From an uncultured virus (IMG/VR IMGVR_UViG_3300034116_001553) (taxonomy: Duplodnaviria; Heunggongvirae; Uroviricota; Caudoviricetes), in IMG/VR virus record IMGVR_UViG_3300034116_001553: 61,562 bases of DNA, one strand, 5' to 3'. The notes under the pieces are model-generated. The model was not told where the DNA came from. It did no database searches and saw only the letters and a list, made by a program, of their open reading frames with translations. Shown here in pieces: positions 36,791-48,308 of the stretch. The translations under genes and the position numbers were made by a program. Positions within the stretch are counted from its first letter, which is position 1. Each line of letters starts with the position of its first letter.

Positions 36791-37879
36791 TTATAGAATT
36801 TTATCAGCGGTGTTAACTAGGTCGTCAAACTGTTTAATTTGCCATTGATGCTGTTTGGCAAGATTGAGAATATTATCAACATTATTGCAAGCTAATTTTA
36901 TTAAATTTTGATGATTGTGTTTGATATCGTTAATTAAATCATTCTCTAGGGCATCGATGTTATTAACTAAAAATTCCACGTTTTCAACAATTGCATTTAA
37001 TCGTTGTTCGTGGTTAAGTATGTTGTCATATTTAACTGGCAAATATTCTTCAAAGGTTTTGAACCCCATAGTTGATAGTTGTTTGAGTACACCAGGAATT
37101 CCAGCAATTATAAAAGCATGATTATTTAATATTGGAATCCAGGTTTTTTCTGTGAAAAAAACAGTATCAAACGAATTTGTATTATTAAATATAGTTTCGG
37201 GTACAATTGAAAAACCTGTACTATCATAAAGTTTAACGTCGTAAGGTACCGGAAGAAAAAAATAAGAGTGGCCAGACGGTTTAAATTTAACACTATCTGG
37301 TTGACGTTGATATTTGTTTGTAAAATCAATGTATTCGTCAACTGTTATTTCAGGCACAGTTGAATGTTCTTGATTAATTTTATCTTTAATTGGATAAAAC
37401 GACCATATGCTGTTTTCTAACAAATTCTTCTGTTGTAACTTATATAACAATCGAGTTCTGTTGAGTTTAGATGGTTTGCCAGTTAAGAATAAAAATGGAT
37501 TTTTTACATCGGGTATTTTTTTAAAATCGCATAGTTTTTTAACTACAACTTCGTTATAGATTCTAACCAAGAAATAATCAATTAACAAAACATCATCAAC
37601 AGCTGGATCTAACAAGTCTTGGTAATATGGTTGATACCAGGAATCAAGTATAACAAAAATTCTTCCTTTTAATTTTCTTTTTGCTGTTTGTACTAGGTTT
37701 TTATACCCTTGTCTCCAGTTAGTAGACATTTTATAATAAGGTACTTCCCACACACTAGCTAAAATAGTATCACAGTCTGTGTCGTACTCTTTAAGAAAAT
37801 TTTCAGCCTGTTCAACGGAAAAAGTATCTCCTTGAAAGATATATGCTTCACATCTGATGACTTGATGTTTTTTGTGCAT
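36791..37879 (-). CDS. TEKT-motif glycosyltransferase-like paralog
   Basis: IVPET..FFTEKTWIPI..FIIAG..GFKTF..YD. Confidence 0.5.
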   Translation of the reverse strand: MHKKHQVIRCEAYIFQGDTFSVEQAENFLKEYDTDCDTILASVWEVPYYKMSTNWRQGYKNLVQTAKRKLKGRIFVILDSWYQPYYQDLLDPAVDDVLLIDYFLVRIYNEVVVKKLCDFKKIPDVKNPFLFLTGKPSKLNRTRLLYKLQQKNLLENSIWSFYPIKDKINQEHSTVPEITVDEYIDFTNKYQRQPDSVKFKPSGHSYFFLPVPYDVKLYDSTGFSIVPETIFNNTNSFDTVFFTEKTWIPILNNHAFIIAGIPGVLKQLSTMGFKTFEEYLPVKYDNILNHEQRLNAIVENVEFLVNNIDALENDLINDIKHNHQNLIKLACNNVDNILNLAKQHQWQIKQFDDLVNTADKIL

Positions 37880-38385
37880 TAGCTGTTCAGAACTTTGGCC
37901 ACCGAATTCATAACACTGGCAATACGGCCAATATCACGTAATTGCTCTACTGTGTATCCTTCTTGCTTGAGTGTTTCGTAGTGCGCTTTCACACAGAAGT
38001 GGCACTTGCCCACAATACTTGCGGCTAAACTAAATGCCTCAAAGTTTGACTTGGTAGTTCCACCGTGACTGGCAATGGCATTCATGCGTAACTGTGCTGG
38101 CAATCCTTTAAGAGCAGGATCGTCAGCCATCTCAACGTAGGGATACCATACATTGTTCTGTGCCATAATTGAAGCGGCGGTCATTGCTGATTCAGCATGT
38201 ACTGGTTGATCCGCTAACATAACAGCTAATACCTTTCCGTTACCAGTTGCGGCGAGTGCGGCCACAGCACAACCCATGGCCACATCAGCATCCAATGTGC
38301 TACGCACAAGAACAGCATCAAGGTTTAACTTGGTGTCCTTGGCGTAGTCTGGCAACGCAGTTTTAATTGCGTCAATAAATGCCAT
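37879..38385 (-). CDS. ahpD: Alkylhydroperoxidase AhpD
   Basis: LPDYAKDTKLNL, MAQNNVWY, ASIVGKCHFCVKAH. Confidence 0.92.
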   Translation of the reverse strand: MAFIDAIKTALPDYAKDTKLNLDAVLVRSTLDADVAMGCAVAALAATGNGKVLAVMLADQPVHAESAMTAASIMAQNNVWYPYVEMADDPALKGLPAQLRMNAIASHGGTTKSNFEAFSLAASIVGKCHFCVKAHYETLKQEGYTVEQLRDIGRIASVMNSVAKVLNS

Positions 38386-38945
38386 TATAGTGTCTCGCCG
38401 CCAACGGTACGGTTACAGGCACATAGTTCGCCAGTCTGTAACGCATCCAACACACGCAGAGTTTCTTCTGGGCTACGACCAACATTCAAGTTGTTCACAG
38501 TAACGTGCTGGATAACGTTGTCTGGGTCAACGATGAATGTGGCACGAAGTGCGGCACCTGCTGGAGCATAGAACACGCCCAACTGCTCAATAAGACTTAC
38601 ACCGCCACGTTCTTCGCCAGGTTGGTGACGAGCAGTATCAGCAAACTGGTGATGTATAATCTTGCGCAAGTCATCGTGTGACTTTTGCCATGCTACCTTA
38701 CAGAACTCGTTGTCTGTCGAGCCTGTGAGTAAAACTGCATCACGCTCGGCAAAGTCACCTGCTAATTTGTCATATGCTACAATTTCTGTAGGGCATACAA
38801 ATGTAAAGTCCTTTGGATAGTAAACAATTACTTTCCACTTGCCTTCAAATGATTTTTCTGTAATTGTATAGAAGGCATCTTCTGGTTGTCCTGGCTTGAC
38901 ACCTGTTACTGCAAATGGGGTTAATTTATCGCCAACTGTTTTCAT
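38385..38945 (-). CDS. ahpC: Peroxiredoxin AhpC
   Basis: YPKDFTFVCPTE, GRS, LCACN. Confidence 0.95.
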   Translation of the reverse strand: MKTVGDKLTPFAVTGVKPGQPEDAFYTITEKSFEGKWKVIVYYPKDFTFVCPTEIVAYDKLAGDFAERDAVLLTGSTDNEFCKVAWQKSHDDLRKIIHHQFADTARHQPGEERGGVSLIEQLGVFYAPAGAALRATFIVDPDNVIQHVTVNNLNVGRSPEETLRVLDALQTGELCACNRTVGGETL

Positions 38946-39090
38946 GTTATTTTCCTTTGTTAAAATGTTACTCAGTGTTTGTACTGAGTGTTTATTATAA
39001 TATTATATATCTATATAATCAAGCAGATTTATGGATTTTTCTTGAAATTGTTTTAATAACGACAATAGAAAAAATCAATAACTCTTGTTA

Positions 39091-39117
39091 AAAAGCCCGG
39101 ACAATGTCCGGGCTTTT
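39091..39117. terminator. Bidirectional terminator
   Basis: AAAAGCCCGGACA/TGTCCGGGCTTTT. Confidence 0.8.
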
Positions 39118-39120
39118 AGA

Positions 39121-41039
<1,919 letters not shown>

Positions 41040-41149
41040 ATTTTTCTCCTTTAAATTAAGCAAGATTTTATTCATGACCCATGAATGGCATCACGAATCA
41101 ATATTTATAATTCGTTATTTTATACTATACAAAAAATATTTGCAACCAA

Positions 41150-41506
41150 TTAGGTAAAAGATAACTCGGTTGTAATTTTATGCAGTCGGTCAAATCTAAA
41201 ACTACGCCATTCTTGTTTTTCCAAGTCATACACCCGCACAACATCCTCTGTGGGTTCTTTGCGTTCTTTCTTGGGGAGTGCCGATTCTGTAACAGTTTCC
41301 CATTTGATCAAGTCGTGATTAAGAGTACATTTCATTTGTCGAATTGTACCATCAGCCTTGACAAACTCAAGGCTGACAGAACCTGCTTGTAGCAAACTAC
41401 GCACCCAATCTCTAATGACCATTTTCTGCGTGTCATCTGCTTCTTGGTACTGTGTGCCAGGAGCACTTTTAAGCAGTCGTACCATTTCTTGTTTAGACCA
41501 ATCCAT
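41150..41506 (-). CDS. SH3-like beta-barrel (WYL_2/DUF2693-like) phage protein
   Basis: FVKADGTIRQMKCTL, VYDLEKQEWRSFR. Confidence 0.75.
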   Translation of the reverse strand: MDWSKQEMVRLLKSAPGTQYQEADDTQKMVIRDWVRSLLQAGSVSLEFVKADGTIRQMKCTLNHDLIKWETVTESALPKKERKEPTEDVVRVYDLEKQEWRSFRFDRLHKITTELSFT

Positions 41507-41513
41507 AATTACC

Positions 41514-41738
41514 TCACTTGTGTTTTAATGCAAACCAACTGGCAGTTGCATTGTTGTAAAAGAAAAAAATTGTATATTTAGGTTTCATTTCGTGACCATT
41601 TATTGCATCAAACTTGGGAGGATGATATTGAAAGTCAAAGTCGGAGCCTTGTTGAAGACCGCTGTCTCTCAACTCTTGTACTATTTCCATAACACGAGTT
41701 GGGTTGTGTCCTTCGAGAGTTACTTCGATCATGCCCAC
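41514..41738 (-). CDS. Hypothetical protein
   Basis: ORF in the gene chain. Confidence 0.55.
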   Translation of the reverse strand: MGMIEVTLEGHNPTRVMEIVQELRDSGLQQGSDFDFQYHPPKFDAINGHEMKPKYTIFFFYNNATASWFALKHK

Positions 41739-41974
41739 CTCAGTAAGAACAATGTTAACATTTTTTCATCTCTAAATTCAAATACACCTTCTCCGATGAA
41801 TCTCCAACCATCTATTGCATTATTTCCAAATTGCTCTTTGCACCAATCTATGCAAGGTGTCCACCCCACATATACATGTTTAGAAACGCGACCGTTTACA
41901 GGAGGCGTAATACTGGCCACATACCACCCTGATAAACTGTTAATCATCTTCCCATTCAATTGGCGTCCATCCAA
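41729..41974 (-). CDS. Hypothetical protein
   Basis: WCKEQFG..FEFRDEK..LFLLRW. Confidence 0.55.
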   Translation of the reverse strand: MDGRQLNGKMINSLSGWYVASITPPVNGRVSKHVYVGWTPCIDWCKEQFGNNAIDGWRFIGEGVFEFRDEKMLTLFLLRWA

Positions 41975-42491
41975 GTTTACGTAGATCTTCTCGGATCTCT
42001 TCTGTGACTACACCTTCGGCAACGTAGTCTCTGCCATCAGAATCCAATGTGGGTTCGTACCCATCTAATCCAAAACCGTTTTCTTTGTTACCAATGCCGC
42101 TACAGTACCAATCAATGTAGTCGCCTTTTTCTTGCATGTCTGCAATGATACCACCACTATGACGCCAACTACAACTCCACCGCTGATTCTTTAAGATAGG
42201 CCAAGTTTCTAATTTTTGAAACTGCATGTTACACATGGCCGCATACAAGTTCTGTGCATAATTGTCGCTGGCTTTTACTTTGTCACAGATCCATAAAGTA
42301 CTGCGTAGATCGTACTCCATATTGTCTTTTTGCCACTCAGGATCGTGGATCTTGTTAGCATCGTCAATCTTGATCTGTTCCCACATGTCAATATAGTCTT
42401 GGTCAGGCTCTTGGCCTGCTTCTTCTGCCCGCTTGATAGCACCTTCTACTTGGAAGGTATTACGCTCAGGACTGCTGTTTATCTTGGTCAT
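41940..42491 (-). CDS. Hypothetical phage protein
   Basis: 183-aa ORF. Confidence 0.7.
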   Translation of the reverse strand: MTKINSSPERNTFQVEGAIKRAEEAGQEPDQDYIDMWEQIKIDDANKIHDPEWQKDNMEYDLRSTLWICDKVKASDNYAQNLYAAMCNMQFQKLETWPILKNQRWSCSWRHSGGIIADMQEKGDYIDWYCSGIGNKENGFGLDGYEPTLDSDGRDYVAEGVVTEEIREDLRKLGWTPIEWEDD

Positions 42492-42733
42492 TGCAGTTTT
42501 CTTGTGGGCTCGTCGTTAAAACTGTTAAACAGTTTTTCTGCCAGCGCAGGATCTTCTTCCATGAGTTCTTCAAAGTCCACAGCTCGACTTTGTTCTGCTA
42601 ATTCTTCTGGTGTTAGATTAGAAAACATTTCAACAAGCTCTTTCTGCAAAGCATCAAGTTCTTCTTGTGTTCCATCAAAATCATCAAATGCACCAGGTGC
42701 AAACTCTACTTTTGATTTCTGCGAATTAGTCAT
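42488..42733 (-). CDS. Acidic hypothetical protein
   Basis: AAGGA SD. Confidence 0.6.
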   Translation of the reverse strand: MTNSQKSKVEFAPGAFDDFDGTQEELDALQKELVEMFSNLTPEELAEQSRAVDFEELMEEDPALAEKLFNSFNDEPTRKLQ

Positions 42734-42748
42734 TGTAAATCCTTGTTA

Positions 42749-42823
42749 TGGTCCGGCCTACAGGAATCGAACCTGTATTGATAGCTTAGAAGGCTACTGT
42801 TCTGTCCATTGAACTAAGGCCAG
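42749..42823 (-). tRNA. tRNA-Arg(TCT)
   Basis: Loop CTTCTAA. Confidence 0.92.
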
Positions 42824-42828
42824 GTTGT

Positions 42829-42915
42829 TGGTGCGACTGGCCGGAATCGAACCGGCATGCCCTTGCGAGCGAGAGATTTTAAGTCTCTTGTGTCTACCTA
42901 TTTCACCACAGTCGC
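42829..42915 (-). tRNA. tRNA-Leu(TAA)
   Basis: Loop CTTAAAA, long variable arm. Confidence 0.93.
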
Positions 42916-42922
42916 AATTGTC

Positions 42923-43000
42923 TGGTGGGCCGTCTGTGAGTCGAACACAGCACCAATGGATTATGAGTCCACTGCTCTAACCAACATGAGCTAACGGCCC
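42923..43000 (-). tRNA. tRNA-Ile2/Met(CAT)
   Basis: Loop CTCATAA; Ile2-like body. Confidence 0.9.
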
Positions 43001-43010
43001 TATAAACGTA

Positions 43011-43039
43011 ATTATATTAGAATTTGTTTTTGTTGTCAA
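43011..43039 (-). promoter_or_regulatory. Sigma70 promoter for the 3-tRNA cluster
   Basis: TTGACA-17-TATAAT. Confidence 0.8.
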
Positions 43040-43562
43040 CAACTGAATCCATACCCAGCAGACCCAATTGTTCTCGTAGGACTTGTTCGACCATTTGATT
43101 AAATGTAATGTCGCGTTCGTGTGCCATTTTCATCAGTGTAAACATGCCATCATCTGACAGATCAATAGGCACACTCACACGGGTATCATACACTTCTCCG
43201 GCTTTGATAGCAAGACATTTTTGGATAAAGTCGTCGTCCACTTCTAGATCCACATAGTCAACATCGTCCCAGGCTTGGTTCAGCATTTCGCCGCGAGTCT
43301 TGGCTTCTTTGTTGTACTTTTTAACATAGTCGGGATTGATCATGCGATATGCACGATTGTTGGTGTAGTCGCAGACTGCTACTTCGTAGACCTTTTGACT
43401 CTTGGTACTGAATACAATATTGAAACTCCACCCACCCTGGTCGTGAACACCGTTCCAGCTACTTAGCTGGTAACTATTTGATCCGTAACAGTCCCAGCCA
43501 AAATCACCACCTTCGGTGATTTTATAGTCAACTAGTTCCATCCATTCTTTCATTGTGATCAT
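43017..43562 (-). CDS. Hypothetical phage protein
   Basis: AGGAG SD; promoter at 43588-43616. Confidence 0.7.
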   Translation of the reverse strand: MITMKEWMELVDYKITEGGDFGWDCYGSNSYQLSSWNGVHDQGGWSFNIVFSTKSQKVYEVAVCDYTNNRAYRMINPDYVKKYNKEAKTRGEMLNQAWDDVDYVDLEVDDDFIQKCLAIKAGEVYDTRVSVPIDLSDDGMFTLMKMAHERDITFNQMVEQVLREQLGLLGMDSVVDNKNKF

Positions 43563-43596
43563 ATGATATACTCCTGGTTAGATACTGATTATACAC

Positions 43597-43749
43597 TTAT
43601 GCAATTTTAAAGTCAACAAGACAACAACGTGTTTGATGTTTTTCATGTCGTTGGTATGCCGTTTTTAATTCTTCTTTGCGCATGCGATATTTTGGTGTGC
43701 GCAAATCTTTGGCAACAAAGTTTCTAGGTTTGGATTGTTTGATTTTCAT
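43597..43749 (-). CDS. ArfA-like small basic protein (50 aa)
   Basis: MKIKQSKPRNFVAKDLRTPKYRMRKEELKTAYQRHEKH...; not in the ORF track. Confidence 0.5.
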   Translation of the reverse strand: MKIKQSKPRNFVAKDLRTPKYRMRKEELKTAYQRHEKHQTRCCLVDFKIA

Positions 43750-43758
43750 ACTGCACCA

Positions 43759-44100
43759 TTAAAAGTTAACTCCACGAACATCAGTATTTAAGTTGGGCTT
43801 CATGCTACGGATCATGTCACGCTCAAAATTGTGAGCTTCTGTTTTGCCACGCACCACAGCCATCACACGAACAGTGAATGAGTCAGTACCACGCTCACGC
43901 ATGGTCTCGTACAGCATCCATGACTTGTCTTCAGAACGCATACGATAAATGTGTTTGTTGCAACGAACCAACACACTCTTTTTAACGGTGCTCATGGTCT
44001 TGGCTGTGACACCAATGTAGAAGTCTGTACCGCTTTCGATCATATAAATGATGTGAGTGCGGTCTGTACGCTTTTTACGGGTTACTGTTTTTGTGTTCAT
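43759..44100 (-). CDS. GIY-YIG nuclease-like protein
   Basis: HIIYMI..FYIGVT..R...H..E..LN; leaderless start at 44100. Confidence 0.7.
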   Translation of the reverse strand: MNTKTVTRKKRTDRTHIIYMIESGTDFYIGVTAKTMSTVKKSVLVRCNKHIYRMRSEDKSWMLYETMRERGTDSFTVRVMAVVRGKTEAHNFERDMIRSMKPNLNTDVRGVNF

Positions 44101-44106
44101 GTATAT

Positions 44107-44135
44107 ATTATAGCAAAATGGGCATTTCCAGTCAA
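44107..44135 (-). promoter_or_regulatory. Sigma70-type promoter
   Basis: TTGACT-17-TATAAT; boxes at 44147-44164 and 44169-44186. Confidence 0.8.
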
Positions 44136-44267
44136 CCAAACACAACTGTGGTAAAAAAGCCACAAAATTGTGGTAAAAAAACAACAAAATAAGATAATAC
44201 TCAAGTATTACCTTGATAATCCGATAATATTATCAATAATATCTGATAATATTATAGTGGATTATAG

Positions 44268-44624
44268 TTACCCGGAATAACTGTCGAGAAACTTTTGTAA
44301 ATCCCCGTATAAAGTTGCCAACATTGCTTCCTTACTAGAAAACATAACTAGCTGTTTATTTTTTGAATCAATATAATAAGGAAAGGTCAGTTTACGGTCT
44401 AGTGCCAATAGACCTTTCTTATTGAGATTTTTAAACTCAATCGGCACATTCCAACTTTCAATCTCTAAGAATTGAAAAGCTTTGTAGCCGTAATCAGTAA
44501 GTCGTAACCCACCATTGGATCGAATATTACAGTACCAAGTCTTGAGTGCTTTTTCTGTGGTTACAGATAATGAATTGGGTAATAATTCAACTAACGTTTG
44601 TGTTAGTTCATTTTTGTTTACCAT
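44268..44624 (-). CDS. Hypothetical protein
   Basis: GGLRLTDYG. Confidence 0.65.
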   Translation of the reverse strand: MVNKNELTQTLVELLPNSLSVTTEKALKTWYCNIRSNGGLRLTDYGYKAFQFLEIESWNVPIEFKNLNKKGLLALDRKLTFPYYIDSKNKQLVMFSSKEAMLATLYGDLQKFLDSYSG

Positions 44625-44910
44625 CTGGAAAAATCTGGGGACCTTGCTTTAATAACACCACTGAGAATTTGTCAGTCTTGAATTGTGTGTTAAGTTTTTT
44701 TGCTAGATTAATTGCATGGCCGCTGTTGGAAAAACTAACCTTCTTGTACTTGGGGCCAGGATATTGAATTAGCATATTTGATGTTTTGAGGTTGATAGGT
44801 AGCCCGTCAAAAAACACAGCCCATATCCCTTCAGCCGCAAGTACCTGTTCGGTCTTGTAATTGACTTTGTTGGTTAGTTCTACTAGAACTTTAGGTTTTG
44901 GTCTGCTCAT
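44608..44910 (-). CDS. Hypothetical protein
   Basis: AGGAG SD, ATAAATA upstream. Confidence 0.7.
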   Translation of the reverse strand: MSRPKPKVLVELTNKVNYKTEQVLAAEGIWAVFFDGLPINLKTSNMLIQYPGPKYKKVSFSNSGHAINLAKKLNTQFKTDKFSVVLLKQGPQIFPDGKQK

Positions 44911-44962
44911 TGTTAAACTCCTACTTTTATTTATCCCGTTATGTAGGTAGTTTTAGGTAGTT

Positions 44963-45169
44963 TTAGAATGAGCCGCCGACAACCTCAATGCTGGTTACGG
45001 GTTCCACAGGGGTTGCAGTAGACTGTTCACGTAGTACTTGAAGACTTAAAAGTAATTTTGTAATATCCCCGTGCAAGTCCCTGGCTTCGTTGATGGTCAT
45101 GATCAAGTCACGTTGACTTCTGCTTTCTGCCGCTTTGACTCGATCGATGAATTTGTTAATGTGTAACAT
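44963..45169 (-). CDS. Hypothetical protein
   Basis: TAATG overlap. Confidence 0.6.
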   Translation of the reverse strand: MLHINKFIDRVKAAESRSQRDLIMTINEARDLHGDITKLLLSLQVLREQSTATPVEPVTSIEVVGGSF

Positions 45170-45540
45170 TATGTTCTTTTTAGATAAGGTGCTAGATTAG
45201 GAGGGGTCCACCCCACTGGCTTTAATACCTTACCATCTTCACGTTTACGCACCTTGCCAGTTAACTTGTCGATTTTGGCAAAGTTTGTACTCATGACTTC
45301 TTTCCACGCACCTTCACCGTCAAACCCAGCTGACTGTATGGCACCGATAGTCACAACCAAGATGTCGATCAGTGCATCCAAGCACTCCACATCATTGTTA
45401 TCGGCTAATGCTTGTTGAAGTTCTTTAAACTCTTCTTCGATTAACGCACAATACATATCATATTGTGTACCATTGAATTCACCCACTGTTTGGTCGCAGG
45501 CTCTCATAAATTTTTCTTGATCACGAAACGGATTTGTCAC
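45169..45540 (-). CDS. MazG-like/PRA-PH nucleotide pyrophosphohydrolase
   Basis: LIEEEFKEL, DALIDILVV, EVMSTNFAK, DGKVLKP; GTG start at 45540. Confidence 0.8.
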   Translation of the reverse strand: MTNPFRDQEKFMRACDQTVGEFNGTQYDMYCALIEEEFKELQQALADNNDVECLDALIDILVVTIGAIQSAGFDGEGAWKEVMSTNFAKIDKLTGKVRKREDGKVLKPVGWTPPNLAPYLKRT

Positions 45541-45970
45541 AGGCTTCTTCCTCGGTATAAAATGGTCCAGTGTATGGATAACGCTGAAGTGTAATAAGTT
45601 TTGGACATTGTACAACATTCCAGACTCGTCCGGTCTTTAATCGATACCATCCTGCGGCAAACCACGACTTGGATTTTTCTTCCTGCGTCCAAATAGGCAG
45701 TTGACGTTTAACATCAAAAATTGGATTATATGGATGGTCTGTGGTTGGATATCCGTGTACTTGGTTAGGTTCAGGTACAGATCTTTGTTTAATAGGTTCA
45801 AAGTCAATGCCAATACGTTGTTGCACCATACTCAGTGTTTTAAAACACGTGGTTAGATCTTTTATTTTAACAGAAAATCCGTCAGGTCCAGATTCAATGT
45901 TACCAATCTTACGATCGTTTTCTTTCAAGATCCAATATTGATTTGGAATAACTGCTTTAGCTATGATCAT
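45521..45970 (-). CDS. Hypothetical phage protein
   Basis: AAGGAG SD. Confidence 0.7.
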   Translation of the reverse strand: MIIAKAVIPNQYWILKENDRKIGNIESGPDGFSVKIKDLTTCFKTLSMVQQRIGIDFEPIKQRSVPEPNQVHGYPTTDHPYNPIFDVKRQLPIWTQEEKSKSWFAAGWYRLKTGRVWNVVQCPKLITLQRYPYTGPFYTEEEACDKSVS

Positions 45971-46964
45971 TTAATACTCCTTGATATGTTGCGTTTAGCC
46001 AGCGAGCAAACTGTTCGGGATTTTCGCTGATACGACTAAGCTCGTACTTGCCACAAAACTTCATAAATCTGACACCAACTTGTCCAATGTCTCGATGACT
46101 AATCTGTTCACATATTGCTTGATCGACTTGTTGTTTAATTTCTTCTGGTTGTTCACCAAGATCAATTAAATGTCGATTGCGTTCGTAGTCATCTAACACA
46201 CGATGTTCTAGACCGTTGTGGTCGGTCCAACGCTGAAGCATGAGATTGTTCCAAGCATATCCTTTTTTATTCATGTCGTCAAATGCTTCTTGCAAGCCAA
46301 TTTTGTTTTTAGTTCCTTTAAGGCGTACACCCGGGAAGGCACTAAAAACATTATCGGATGTGTCACCACGCATGCATTTTTCAAATAGAAGCCACTTTGG
46401 ATTTGGAATAGTTTTAGGTTCTTTTGTTTTCTTATCAATTACAGGTTTACCCTTGGCATCAAAGATACCATTAATTGTAAGAAGTTCATCAGTTATGCCA
46501 TTGTACTGTTGCACATTGTCCGCCAGTAACTGCACAAAATCTGTGTCGCTTGAAATGATAATATGATTGTCTTGTGGGTGCAGAGCAGTCCAACGTGCAA
46601 TTACATCATCTGCTTCTGCATTAGGGTGTCGGATTACTGAACAGTTTGTTTGCTCTAGCAAATATTTAGTCAGATTATCATAAGTTTCCCAGAACAATTT
46701 GTCTTCTTCTTGCTCTTTTTCTGACATGGCCGCACGTGATTCTGCACGGTTTGCTTTGTAGGGCTTGTAAAAATCCTTACGCCAGCTACGACCTTCGAGT
46801 GCAAATACCACATGGTCTGCATTAAATTGTCGTGCTACTTTGTTAATTGAAGCCAGTGTAATGTGTAATGCGTATCCAATTTTTTCCCAAGCATCTTCTG
46901 CCCTGTAGGCCACATGTCTAGCACGAAAAAACATGTTAGAAGTATCGATTAAAAGATATTGCAT
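45957..46964 (-). CDS. 5'-3' exonuclease / T4-RNase H-like (FEN family)
   Basis: LIDTSN, YKANR, EADD, SSDTDFVQL, GDTSDN. Confidence 0.92.
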   Translation of the reverse strand: MQYLLIDTSNMFFRARHVAYRAEDAWEKIGYALHITLASINKVARQFNADHVVFALEGRSWRKDFYKPYKANRAESRAAMSEKEQEEDKLFWETYDNLTKYLLEQTNCSVIRHPNAEADDVIARWTALHPQDNHIIISSDTDFVQLLADNVQQYNGITDELLTINGIFDAKGKPVIDKKTKEPKTIPNPKWLLFEKCMRGDTSDNVFSAFPGVRLKGTKNKIGLQEAFDDMNKKGYAWNNLMLQRWTDHNGLEHRVLDDYERNRHLIDLGEQPEEIKQQVDQAICEQISHRDIGQVGVRFMKFCGKYELSRISENPEQFARWLNATYQGVLNDHS

Positions 46965-46970
46965 TTTGCC

Positions 46971-47675
46971 TCAAATCAAATGGTTACTGATAACATATTG
47001 TAGCATATGATTGCTCCAAAAGCTATGGGCAGGTTTACCAAAATGATAAGAACTGGGTGCTACTGTATCAAACCCACGTTGTGTAAGTGTATCCGAAAAT
47101 GTAGATTTTGGTTTGTAAGGATCCATGTAACTTACTCCCCAACTGCGTTGATCAGTAATTTTAGAAAAATCTGAGTTACCATTAAAAAACACATGCTTGA
47201 CATTTAGATCATTGAGTCGGCAATGCAGTTGCCATATATCGTTGTGTGCTTGTTCGGTTTTTAATTGCCAATCGATTCCAATAATATAATTTCTGTATTT
47301 TTCTTGTAGCTCTTGTGGAACGTCGTCAATTCCACTGGCGTTCACTTGATAATAAACACCGTTGTGTAACCATTCTTCTCGTTCCCAGGTACTCCATTGA
47401 ATAATCATCAATGTTTCGTACAGATTACTGGCATGCTCTGTTAGGTATTTTTCTGTGGTTCTAATAATACGTGCATTTGAACTAGCAGACTCAGCATCGT
47501 ACCAAAAACCCGCTTTGATTGCATCAGCTAATGTTTTGCCCCACGTGGCAATAATATTTTCAGGATGTGGTCTACGACCCATGTAGACATAGCGTTGGTC
47601 ATCCTCTGCAAATGCATATGGTGTGACAATTTCTGCACCAGCTGTGTGACTATCGCCGTTTACATATAAAATCAC
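46971..47675 (-). CDS. SGNH-like hypothetical protein
   Basis: YVNGDSHT, SASSN, YHFGKPAH. Confidence 0.6.
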   Translation of the reverse strand: MILYVNGDSHTAGAEIVTPYAFAEDDQRYVYMGRRPHPENIIATWGKTLADAIKAGFWYDAESASSNARIIRTTEKYLTEHASNLYETLMIIQWSTWEREEWLHNGVYYQVNASGIDDVPQELQEKYRNYIIGIDWQLKTEQAHNDIWQLHCRLNDLNVKHVFFNGNSDFSKITDQRSWGVSYMDPYKPKSTFSDTLTQRGFDTVAPSSYHFGKPAHSFWSNHMLQYVISNHLI

Positions 47676-47839
47676 ACCAGTTCCTCAACAATGCCAAGCA
47701 CTTCGGCTACAATTAACAATACACCAGCATGTACTATAAAGCCGGAAATTAACGCACCACCTGCTGTAATGCGTAACACACTTTTGACAAGGCTAACATA
47801 AAAATGTCCCTTGCTTGTGTCTTTAGGTTGGATTTCCAT
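47672..47839 (-). CDS. Small membrane protein (55 aa)
   Basis: MEIQPKDTSKGHFYVSLVKS...AEVLGIVEELV*. Confidence 0.55.
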   Translation of the reverse strand: MEIQPKDTSKGHFYVSLVKSVLRITAGGALISGFIVHAGVLLIVAEVLGIVEELV

Positions 47840-48308
47840 CTTTTAATACCTTAAATGTTTCTGCGTGAACTACCCGCTTCCTTAAACTCGAACTACTGAA
47901 ACTATGATCACGTTTGTTAAACACAATTTCAATGCCTCTGTCATAGCATTCGCCTTGTCCTGAGAACTCTTTCTCAGCATATTCTACACCCAAGATACGC
48001 ACATCCAGTGGCAGGATCAACAACAGGTCAATTAGATCTTGCTCGGTTTGGTACACCACAACTTCGTCTACATAGCGGCAGGCTGCCAACTGTATTTGTC
48101 TCTCAACAATACTTTGCACAGGATGATTTTTAGTATCAGGACGATCAATGGTAGGGTCTGTTTGTAGTCCGCATATCAAGTAATCGCAGTGATTCTTTGC
48201 TTCACTGAGCATGGCAATATGCCCTGCGTGTAGCATGTCAAAGGTCGAGAACGTGATGCCAATTTTTTTACCGTCTGCTTTGAGTTGTTTAATGTGATTG
48301 AAAATCAT
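47823..48308 (-). CDS. Cytidylyltransferase (TagD-like)
   Basis: FDMLHAGH, ER..L, RDHSFSSS; start at 48308. Confidence 0.88.
   Translation of the reverse strand: MIFNHIKQLKADGKKIGITFSTFDMLHAGHIAMLSEAKNHCDYLICGLQTDPTIDRPDTKNHPVQSIVERQIQLAACRYVDEVVVYQTEQDLIDLLLILPLDVRILGVEYAEKEFSGQGECYDRGIEIVFNKRDHSFSSSSLRKRVVHAETFKVLKDGNPT

Noticed and set aside
43759..44100. Mobile homing endonuclease or intron
   Set aside because: Only a minimal GIY-YIG domain with its own promoter; no interrupted gene or intron core visible.
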